Shown here one piece after another: positions 50,356-57,950 of a stretch of 64,000 nt of DNA. Every line of letters begins with the position of its first letter. The stretch's first letter is position 1. This DNA is from an uncultured Gammaproteobacteria bacterium (GTDB lineage: Bacteria; Patescibacteriota; Microgenomatia; UBA1406; HO2-37-13b), in assembly GCA_964612595.1 (NCBI GenBank), contig CAZTFB010000001.1, positions 3,058-67,057 on the forward strand, given 5' to 3'. A program made the translations under genes and the position numbers. The notes under the pieces are model-generated. The model saw only the letters and a program-made list of their open reading frames with translations. It made no database searches and was not told where the DNA came from.

Positions 50356-50383
50356 CCCTCGAACTGATCTTCTCTGAACGGCT

Positions 50384-51304
50384 TCAAAAGAAATCTTTCT
50401 TAATGAAGAGATAGAATGTTATTCCTGTGAGTACGGCAATTATTCCAACAACAAACACAAATGCAAGTGGATGACTTTCAAATGGCAAATGAACATTCAT
50501 GCCGTATAAACTTGCGACCATAGTTGGAATGGTAAAAATGACGGTTAGAGATGTGAGAAGTTTAATAACTTGGTTCAAGTTATTCGTCATTATTGTCGTA
50601 TAGGCTTCTCTAATATTCTTTAGCGTACGAATGCTATCGTCTGTTTGTTCAATGAGCTGTCTATTGCTCAACATAATATCTTCAATGAGATCTCGATCGT
50701 TTTCTCTGAATGTAAGATAACGGCCAGAGGTAAGCGATTCGAGAATGCCGTTTGTGCGTATTAATGCAGGTCGGAAATCATTCAGTACCCCCTCAAATTC
50801 CACAAATCGCACAATATCGTTATTTTTTATTTTCTGCAATCTAACCTCGAAAGCTCTAATTTGTTTGTTCATTTTTGTGAGATATGCGTTGTATGAGTGG
50901 TTAATTTCAAAGAGAAATTCTAGGAGAGCTTTATTAGTTTGGGTTGTTATGAGAGGTTTCTTCATACGCGTAAACACCTCAAGAAAATCAGCTTCTCCGA
51001 TACATATTGTTGCAATAAATCTTTCTGCAACAACAAAAAGTACCGGCATAGTGACAATCTGATCTTTATCAGTGCGTGGATAGCGGGTAAATATGTATGC
51101 AGTTTTTCGTACAATTTCAAGACGTGGGACCTCATATAAGTCGACTCCGTCGATAAGTAGATCGAGTTCGAGGCGATAGTTTTTCGCAAGTGTTTCTAAT
51201 TCTTCCTGCGTCGGCGATTGGAGATGAATCCATGAACCAACTTTTGGGAGATTAGTTTCTATGATGCGACGATCCTTAATATTACGATAGTAGTTAATAA
51301 CCAT
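50384..51304 (-). CDS. corA: CorA-family magnesium transporter
   Basis: The YGMN motif (LYGMNVHLPF) lies between the two C-terminal TM helices. Confidence 0.88.
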   Translation of the reverse strand: MVINYYRNIKDRRIIETNLPKVGSWIHLQSPTQEELETLAKNYRLELDLLIDGVDLYEVPRLEIVRKTAYIFTRYPRTDKDQIVTMPVLFVVAERFIATICIGEADFLEVFTRMKKPLITTQTNKALLEFLFEINHSYNAYLTKMNKQIRAFEVRLQKIKNNDIVRFVEFEGVLNDFRPALIRTNGILESLTSGRYLTFRENDRDLIEDIMLSNRQLIEQTDDSIRTLKNIREAYTTIMTNNLNQVIKLLTSLTVIFTIPTMVASLYGMNVHLPFESHPLAFVFVVGIIAVLTGITFYLFIKKDFF

Positions 51305-51319
51305 ACAGGGTATTGTACA

Positions 51320-52762
51320 TCAGAAGTTGTTCCAGAGCATCTGATTATATACCTCGTGATGGTACAGAACCTCACCGTTCTTTACCCTTGTACCTAATTC
51401 TGCTGGACTTCTTTCAGCAGCAGTCTGTTTTAAATCAATGTATTTTCGTTTCAGCTCCTCTCCAAGTACTTTTGTCATTGCTTTACTTTGACGACATTGT
51501 ACGATTGCTGTTTGAATATTCGCGGGTAGATATTTGACACGAGGTCTTTTTGTGGCATCGTTTCTACTCAATGGTCCTTCAAGTCCAATTTTGATAATTG
51601 TATATAAGGTGAGGTACGGATTCGCGTCTGGTCCCACACTTCGGACTTCAATGCGTGCGGATCGTTCATTAAAGAGAGGGATACGAATCATCGATCCGCG
51701 ATCTACTTCAGAAACTTTTATTTCGTTTGGAGCCTCATAATGTGGATCAAGTCTGCGGTACGCATTCACACTCCCATTGAGTACAAGGCACATCTCTGCG
51801 GCACTACTTAGTATGCGGTGTACCATGTCCCATCCAAGAGTTGACAAAGCAGCGCGGCCTTTTTTATCGTAAAAAAGGTTTTTTGCACCTTTCGCTATGG
51901 ATAAGTTTGTGTGCATACCGCTACCATTGATGCCTACTATTGGTTTTGGTAAAAATGTTGCGGTCATTCCCATATTGCGTGCGATTTGGCGCGACACAAG
52001 TTTATAAAGCTGTATTTGATCAGCTGCTTGAAGAACTTCGGTGTATGAATAGTTAAGTTCAAATTGAGATGGCGCGACCTCTGGATGATCTTTTTCGTTT
52101 TCAAAGCCGAGGGCGCGCTGGGCTTCTGCACTGCGGTCGATAAATATACGAAGTAAATCAGAAGGGAGCGAATGATAGTAACCGCCCGCTGATGCCAGGT
52201 CAAAACCTTTGCTTTCTCGAAAGTTTTTCTCGGCGTCTTCACCTTTGAGCAAAAATCCTTCAACCTCATTGGCAGCATATACGGTGTAGCCTTTATTTTT
52301 GGCTAGTTCCATAGCATAGTTTTTTAACAGCCCACGCGTATCCATAGGATACGGTTTCCCATTGCGATCATATATCTCCCCCATCATTAAAATTTTCCCA
52401 GGTCCAAAAATATCGCTCGGAAGCCACCAAAATGCACCCCAATCGGGTTGTAATCGTAAATCCGATTCTGCCTGTCGTGAAAATCCACGGATTGAGGATC
52501 CATCGAATGTAAGATTGTCATAGCTAGAAATGAAGAATTTTTTGTCATAATCGAGCATATGGAAACGCCCTTCAATATCAGAGAATCCAATGGATATTGC
52601 TTTCAACTTCTTTTCCTTGGAAATCTGTTCCAAAAAATATTTCTTTTGATCGTCATTCCTTGGTGACAAACGCCTTCGTTTAATTTCAAGATTGCGTTTC
52701 TCGAGTTCATCATAGGGAATTTCTAAGAAGGATTTAAGATGAGACACTTCATTATTCTGCAT
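51320..52762 (-). CDS. glnA: Glutamine synthetase
   Basis: FSDIEGRFHMLDY beta-grasp region and the NGSGMHTNLS, NAYRRL catalytic-domain motifs. Start set at MQNNEV (ATG 52762). Confidence 0.88.
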   Translation of the reverse strand: MQNNEVSHLKSFLEIPYDELEKRNLEIKRRRLSPRNDDQKKYFLEQISKEKKLKAISIGFSDIEGRFHMLDYDKKFFISSYDNLTFDGSSIRGFSRQAESDLRLQPDWGAFWWLPSDIFGPGKILMMGEIYDRNGKPYPMDTRGLLKNYAMELAKNKGYTVYAANEVEGFLLKGEDAEKNFRESKGFDLASAGGYYHSLPSDLLRIFIDRSAEAQRALGFENEKDHPEVAPSQFELNYSYTEVLQAADQIQLYKLVSRQIARNMGMTATFLPKPIVGINGSGMHTNLSIAKGAKNLFYDKKGRAALSTLGWDMVHRILSSAAEMCLVLNGSVNAYRRLDPHYEAPNEIKVSEVDRGSMIRIPLFNERSARIEVRSVGPDANPYLTLYTIIKIGLEGPLSRNDATKRPRVKYLPANIQTAIVQCRQSKAMTKVLGEELKRKYIDLKQTAAERSPAELGTRVKNGEVLYHHEVYNQMLWNNF

Positions 52763-52830
52763 ATTTAATATAAATAATGAGTAATTAAGATTAAATATAA
52801 AGAAAAATAAAAAAAACACAACCATTAAAT

Positions 52831-53586
52831 AACCTCGGGGGTTGTATAGAGCAGGAATACGCGCTAATCTGATTTTAACTTATTCTTAATATCAGTTGTG
52901 TATCATCATGGCTATATGCCAAGCAGAAAAGATGTGTTCAAGAATTTAAATTACTATCATATTTACAATAGAACTATCGATAAAAAACTCATCTTTTTAG
53001 ATCATAATCTTGCTTCGATTTTTCTTGATACAGCAAACTTTTATAGATATATCAACCACAAAATTAGTTACTCTGTCTTTAGGAGAATGATTACTAAAGA
53101 TAGCCAGAAGTATAAAGAAGAGCACTTTATGAATCCGGGAATAAAGATCGTTTGCTACGTACTTATGCCTAATCACTATCACTTCATGAGACAACAAGCC
53201 GATGCCGGTATCGTGAAATTTATTTCTAATCTGACAAACTCTTTTACACGTTACTTTAATGTATTACACAACAGGAGAGGCCCACTCTTCCTTACACAGT
53301 TTTGCTCTGTGCATATTCGCACGCCAGTGCAGCTTACTTATACAAGCAAATACATACACTTAAATCCTTTAAAGGCAAAAATTATTTCGAGTACTAATGA
53401 GATAGTAAGCTATCGCTGGTCATCACTTCGTACATATCTATATGGTCTCCATTCTGAGGCTGTTGATCCTAGCTACGTAATGAAATATTTTCAGAATTCA
53501 TCAGAAGAATATTTGAAGTACTTAAAATTAAAAAAAAGTTAAATCCAGATTGAATTGTGGAGGCGCTCTAAATCACCCCCGAGGTT
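52831..53586 (+). mobile_element. IS200/RAYT-like unit bounded by 49-bp imperfect inverted repeats
   Basis: Left end: aacctcgggggttgtatagagc...aatctgattttaac (52831-52879). Reverse complement of right end (53538-53586): aacctcgggggtgatttagagc...aatctggatttaac. The outer 12 nt are identical and the inner 14 nt match at 13/14. The right end lies 3 nt from tRNA-Ala. Confidence 0.65.
52898..53542 (+). CDS. Y1 HUH transposase-like protein (IS200-like / REP-associated tyrosine transposase family)
   Basis: YHIYNR..., LMPNHYHF (HUH) and YIHLNPLKAKI (catalytic Tyr region). GTG start at 52898, or ATG at 52916. Confidence 0.75.
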   Translation: MYHHGYMPSRKDVFKNLNYYHIYNRTIDKKLIFLDHNLASIFLDTANFYRYINHKISYSVFRRMITKDSQKYKEEHFMNPGIKIVCYVLMPNHYHFMRQQADAGIVKFISNLTNSFTRYFNVLHNRRGPLFLTQFCSVHIRTPVQLTYTSKYIHLNPLKAKIISSTNEIVSYRWSSLRTYLYGLHSEAVDPSYVMKYFQNSSEEYLKYLKLKKS

Positions 53587-53589
53587 GTG

Positions 53590-53660
53590 TGGACCCGGGG
53601 GGAATCGAACCCCCGCCTCCGCAATGCGAATGCGGCATTTTACCACTTAACTACGGGCCC
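53590..53660 (-). tRNA. tRNA-Ala (anticodon CGC), CCA not encoded
   Basis: Acceptor GGGCCCG/CGGGTCC with the G3:U70 Ala identity pair. CCGCA-TTCGCAT-TGCGG anticodon arm. GGGGG-TTCGATT-CCCCC T-arm. Confidence 0.88.
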
Positions 53661-53697
53661 ATTGAAAATTAAATACAGATCATATTATACTTCATAC

Positions 53698-54528
53698 ATG
53701 AAGAGACTTATTGTTATCGGTGACTATTGCAATGATACGCTTGTCTGTCAGGAGCTCCGCTCAGCCGTCACTGGATTTCTTAAAGACGCAACTTGCGTAC
53801 AGATTTCGTTTGTCCATTCCTATCCATCCACCATTCACACCTCCTTCCTCCTCAACCAAGTTGTCCAAACAGAAGAGCGATACGGTGTGCCGCGCGAACT
53901 TGTGATTTTTGTAAATACTGACCCGAGGATTGCTGGCGAGGCTGGAGTAGCAAAGGCCGAGGGTGCCAAAGGTGTCATTCTAAAGCTCGCCAACGGCATT
54001 ACTGTGATCGGACCTAATGCAGGATACTGTTTTTCATTCATTAAATCAAAGATCGAGACACTCTATACGTATGAGGGTCTTGAAAAAGGAAGTCAATTTA
54101 GATCACGCGATCTTTACCCGCCGGTAATAGCATATTTAATGGATTATCTCGATGATGAAATGGATCTTACAGACGGCGATAGAGCACTGATTCCTGACTA
54201 TAGAGGAATGCATGTCGCACACGTAGACAACTACGGAAACATTAAAACAACAGTAAAACATTCGGATTTTAAGGGAAAATATGAGTATGGTGAGGAAGTT
54301 AAGGTTGAAATAAGAGGTATTAAAGCAAAAGCGACATATGTAGATAATCTATTTGGTGGTGGGGTTGGTACATTGGTTATTTACCCAGGCTCGTCTGGAA
54401 ACCCAGATGATAATTTTCTTGAAGTGAGTGCGTGGAGCCATTTTGCTGATACAAAGACACAAAAAGTAGCTAAAACAGGAAAAGATTTCTTTCCAGGTGT
54501 AACTCCAGGTGATGCGATTTCATTCTAA
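53698..54528 (+). CDS. SAM hydroxide adenosyltransferase-family (DUF62) protein
   Basis: Pattern FVNTDPR..., VIGPNAGY, FRSRDLYPPVIAYL, HVDNYGNIKT matches the DUF62 consensus (VDPGVG / PDNG / FHGRDifAPvAA / iD.FGN). Start set at MKRLIV (53698), downstream of the tRNA. Confidence 0.6.
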   Translation: MKRLIVIGDYCNDTLVCQELRSAVTGFLKDATCVQISFVHSYPSTIHTSFLLNQVVQTEERYGVPRELVIFVNTDPRIAGEAGVAKAEGAKGVILKLANGITVIGPNAGYCFSFIKSKIETLYTYEGLEKGSQFRSRDLYPPVIAYLMDYLDDEMDLTDGDRALIPDYRGMHVAHVDNYGNIKTTVKHSDFKGKYEYGEEVKVEIRGIKAKATYVDNLFGGGVGTLVIYPGSSGNPDDNFLEVSAWSHFADTKTQKVAKTGKDFFPGVTPGDAISF

Positions 54529-55676
54529 GGAATCAAGAAAGCTATTTACTTTATTGACAACACGACTGTGGCTGGAACGCTTGTTTTTTTACTTCAGCTA
54601 AACGCCAAAGATTTGTTTAAAAAAATAGAAAGGAGGTGATTCACCCGCTCCTTCCAGAACGGGTACCTTGTTACGACTTAGTCCCCATCGCCAGTCTTAC
54701 CTTCGTCCCCTTAACAGAGCCTTCAGGCACTACCGACTTTGTTGGCTTGACGGGCAGTGTGTGCAAGAGATAAGAACGTATTCACCGCAGCTTGGCTGAT
54801 CTGCGATTACTACCAATTCCGCGTTCATGAAGTCGAGTTGCAGACTTCAATCCCCACTGAGAGACCGTTTATGAGATTAGCTTCACGTCGCCGTTTCGCA
54901 ACTCTTTGTCGGCCTCATTGTAACATGTGTGTCGCCCAGAGCATAAGCGTCATGCTGACTTGACGTCTGCTTCTCCTTCCTCCCCCGCATAGCGAAGGCA
55001 GTCCCCTATGACAGATATAACATAGGGCGAAGGTTACGTTCGTTGTCCCACTTAAGGGCACTCCTCACGGAACGAACTGACGACAGCCATGCAACAGCTG
55101 TGCAACGCCCTCGAAGGCGGCCTGGGTTTCCCCAAGCTTGCAGTTGCATGTCAAGCCCTGGTGAGGTGCTTCGGTTTGTCTCGAATTAAACCACATGTTC
55201 CACTGGTTGTGTATCTCCCCGCCAATTCCTTTGAGTTTCAGCCTTGCGGCCGTACTCCCCAGGCGGCTCGCTTAACGCGTTAGCTTCGCCACACCCCTTA
55301 AAGATAAACTAAAAGAAATGCAACTAGCGAGCATCGTTTAGGGCTAGGACTACCCGGGTCTCTAATCCGGTTCGCTCCCCTAGCTTTCGTCTTTCAGCGT
55401 CAGTTTTCTTCCAGTAATCTGCCTTCGCCATTGGTGTTCTTGATAGTATCAACGCATTTCACTACTCCTCTATCAATTCCGATTACCCTAAAGAAAACTC
55501 CAGTTTAACAGTATTACTTCCCTTCCCTCGAGTGAGTCGAGGTCTTTAAAAAGTAACTTGGAAAACCGCCTACAGACCCTTTACGCCCAGTCACACCGGA
55601 TAACGCTTGTAGCCCCCGTATCACCGACGCTTCTGGCACGAAGTTAGCGGCTACTTTCTAGCGAGGTACCGTCAAC

Positions 55677-56072
55677 CCAGCTCTATTTACTCTTATAGGT
55701 CTTTCAAAAATGTATTTCCATTAGATGCCACTAAAGGTACAGATTTGAGAGAGTGAACTATTCGTTTTTTTAAATGGCACTTGTTTGCACCATGGTCTTT
55801 AAGACCAGCTTCTCTTTTTTGTGCATCTATTTTTGAAGTAAATGCTTCATAGTATATGAGTTTTAGAGGCACGTGTTTCGAAGTGAAAGTGCTTTCACCT
55901 CTATTGTGTTGCGCCAGACGTCTTTTGAGATCGGATGTGTATCCATAATACACAGTTCCGTTCCTCAGACTTTTTAAAACATACACATAATACATATACA
56001 CGCATACTAACATGCACGTATTAAAGGAAGATTAATTTAATGAGAATAGCTCATAAGAAAAAATAGAGCTGG
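55677..56072 (-). mobile_element. 396-bp insertion at the apex of 16S helix 17 with 23-bp terminal inverted repeats and a GIY-YIG ORF
   Basis: Plus-strand ends are ccagctctatttactcttatagg (55677-55699) and ctcataagaaaaaatagagctgg (56050-56072). The outer 12-13 bp are perfectly complementary, and 19/23 match overall. Flanks are conserved 16S sequence (...GGGAAGAAG | insert | TTGACGGTACC...). Confidence 0.8.
55693..56013 (-). CDS. GIY-YIG nuclease-family protein encoded inside the 16S insertion, same orientation as the rRNA
   Basis: YYVYVLKS..GTVYYGYTSDLKRRLAQHN...YYEAF...AQKREAGLK are GIY-YIG hallmarks. The start could be ATG 55995 (MYYVYVL). No SD sequence. The stop codon lies inside the TIR. 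Confidence 0.75.
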   Translation of the reverse strand: MLVCVYMYYVYVLKSLRNGTVYYGYTSDLKRRLAQHNRGESTFTSKHVPLKLIYYEAFTSKIDAQKREAGLKDHGANKCHLKKRIVHSLKSVPLVASNGNTFLKDL

Positions 56073-56424
56073 GCTTCTTCCCTCGCCACAGCGGTTTACG
56101 CCCCTAGAGGCTTCTTCCCGCACGCGGTGTCGCGTGGTCAGGCTTTCGCCCATTGCCAACGATTCCTGATTGCTGCCATCCGTAGATGTGGAGTCCGTAT
56201 CTCAGTACTCCTCTGACTGATCACCCTCATGAGGTCAGTTACCCGTCATAGGCTTGGTGCGCTATTATCACACCAACTACCTGATAGGCCGCAGGCCCCT
56301 CCCTTGGCGAGCAGTTACGCCCTTTAATCCGGGGATATTATAAGGGATTACCCCCGATTTCTCGGGGCTATTCCTTACCTAGGGGTAGGTTCCTACGTGT
56401 TACTCAGCCGTCCGCCACTACCTA

Positions 56425-56476
56425 CCAGCCCTATTTAATACTATAGGGATTTACCTATAGTATTAAATAGGGCTGG
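56425..56476 (-). repeat. Perfect 23-bp-stem/6-nt-loop palindrome forming 16S V1 (helix 6); arms homologous to the helix-17 insertion TIRs
   Basis: ccagccctatttaatactatagg-gattta-cctatagtattaaatagggctgg. The arm matches the left TIR ccagctctatttactcttatagg at 19/23 positions. Confidence 0.8.
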
Positions 56477-56631
56477 CAAGACGTTCGACTTGCATATCTT
56501 AGGCACACCGCAAGCGTTCATCCTGAGCCAGGATCAAACTCTTAAAATAAATAATGTTTCCAACCACACTCGTATTGTCAATGCGCTCTCCAAGGCAACG
56601 AAGACTCTCCCAAGGCCACTGGAGTTTAACT

Positions 56632-56659
56632 ATTATAATGATTTTGTGAAGAAATGCAA
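56632..56659 (-). promoter_or_regulatory. Candidate 16S rRNA promoter
   Basis: Minus strand reads TTGCAT (56659-56654), a 16-nt spacer, and TATAAT (56637-56632), about 90 nt upstream of the mature 5' end. Confidence 0.5.
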
Positions 56660-56882
56660 CACTTAATAAGATGCTTAGGATGAAGCTAGTTGTGTGTCCT
56701 GTAACGGAGAAGTGTACATAGATGCGCCACACTTCTGCTGTTTTGGTCCAGTAGGCACCATACATCTCACACTCTTTCGTTGCAAAGCGAACAAGCTCCG
56801 CCGAGCTTGTTGTCGCAGCGCATGCGCTGCACGTCTTAGCCTCACAGTATATCACACCATATCAGCAAGGACAATCAAAGTC

Positions 56883-57950
56883 CTATGAATATATGATGAC
56901 TCGCTTGAGCAATGCAGGTTCTTCGATGAGTTTCATAATGCCAAGCACTGTTGCATCCTCAGGCTTTCGTGCTCGGATTACAGGAAGTTTTACCTCATTG
57001 CTTATGTACTTATCAAGTCCAGGGATGTATGCCATATTCCCCGTCATCACAATGCCACTTTTGATAAGTCCATCAACAATTTCCGGTGGAATTGTTTCAA
57101 TCAATTCTTTAATACCGTCTACTATTTGATTTACACATGTTGCAAGGGCCTCGCGAATATCACCAGCAGTTACGCGTACTGATTTTGGTAGACCATTTTC
57201 AAGCGACTTTCCTCGGACAGGGAATATCTCCTTAGAATCCAATAATGAAAAAAGCTTAATTTTTAGTGTCTCTGCAGTTTGTTCACCCACAATCAATCCG
57301 TACTTAAGATGTAAGTAGTTATATATGAGTTTATCCATATGATCACCTCCAAGTTTCAGTACTTTTGAGGTAACAATTCCCCCCATAGTAATAACGGCAA
57401 GTTCAACAGACCCAGCGCCAATATCCATAACAAATGCCGGTTGGTTCGAAAAGATCTGTATATCAGCACCGCACGCTGCTGCTATAGGCCGCTCAATTAA
57501 GTGTGCATGCTGAAAGCCCGATTTGATAAGTGCTTCCTGGAGGGCTCTTTGTTCAACTTCTGTCGAACTTGTGGGAACAATTGAGTAGGCAGCAAGCCCC
57601 TTTTTTATAAGTGATGTTCTATAGTAGGGTAATACAGATTTCTTTAGCAATGCAGACAGAAGAGAGACAGTTGCATCAAAATCAGAAATAATTGAATGCT
57701 CAAACGGCTTCGAAATAACGATGTATTCAGGTGATTTACCCAATATATCCTTTGCTTCTGATCCAAAGAACATAACTTGGTTGGTACGTGTATTTTTTCC
57801 CACGAATGTCGGCTCGCGAAGGACGATACCTTTTTCTTCAATACCAAAGCGCGTCATTGCAGTGCCAATATCAACAGCCACCGATGTGGGTTTAAACAAT
57901 AGACCGGTATTAAAGTTTATCTGCTTTAGTTTTGATACAATATTTCTCAT
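56883..57950 (-). CDS. mreB: Rod-shape/actin-like protein MreB
   Basis: VAVDIGTAMTR..., DIGAGSVE..., actin-fold phosphate motifs. Confidence 0.88.
   Translation of the reverse strand: MRNIVSKLKQINFNTGLLFKPTSVAVDIGTAMTRFGIEEKGIVLREPTFVGKNTRTNQVMFFGSEAKDILGKSPEYIVISKPFEHSIISDFDATVSLLSALLKKSVLPYYRTSLIKKGLAAYSIVPTSSTEVEQRALQEALIKSGFQHAHLIERPIAAACGADIQIFSNQPAFVMDIGAGSVELAVITMGGIVTSKVLKLGGDHMDKLIYNYLHLKYGLIVGEQTAETLKIKLFSLLDSKEIFPVRGKSLENGLPKSVRVTAGDIREALATCVNQIVDGIKELIETIPPEIVDGLIKSGIVMTGNMAYIPGLDKYISNEVKLPVIRARKPEDATVLGIMKLIEEPALLKRVIIYS

Larger units (their letters stand above)
54630..56548 (-). rRNA. rrs: 16S rRNA gene (~1.9 kb) with insertions; no 23S adjacent
   Basis: 5' end is AGAGTTTGATCCTGGCTCAG (reverse complement at 56523-56542). 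3' end is ...AAGTCGTAACAAGGTA...GGTGAATCACCTCCTTTC (reverse complement at ~54630-54700). The internal conserved blocks are all present but divergent. Confidence 0.95.

Noticed and set aside
50150-50356. ORF antisense to tRNA-Ile. Also the N-terminal 37 codons of ORF 53587-54528 across tRNA-Ala, and ORF 29816-30232 (-) across tRNA-Pro and the recombinase.
   Set aside because: They are translations of tRNA genes or of the opposite strand of a better-supported gene. The real start of the 53587 ORF is ATG 53698.
54541-54633. TIR-like half-sites flanking the 16S 3' trailer (agctatttactttat at ~54544; aaaaaatagaaagg at ~54620).
   Set aside because: They resemble the h17/V1 TIR only with a gap and 6-7 complementary bases. 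In AT-rich DNA this is within chance, so it is noted only as something to include in a pattern search.
55677-56072. The 16S insertion considered as a classical group I or group II self-splicing intron.
   Set aside because: Only ~75 nt are non-coding, and I see no P3-P8-like or domain V-like elements. The ends form a simple inverted repeat instead.
54757-56888. ORFs 54757-54963 (+), 55089-55283 (+), 56499-56855 (-) and 56694-56888 (+).
   Set aside because: They lie within or antisense to the 16S gene or its leader. They have no RBS and a composition typical of rRNA-derived spurious ORFs.
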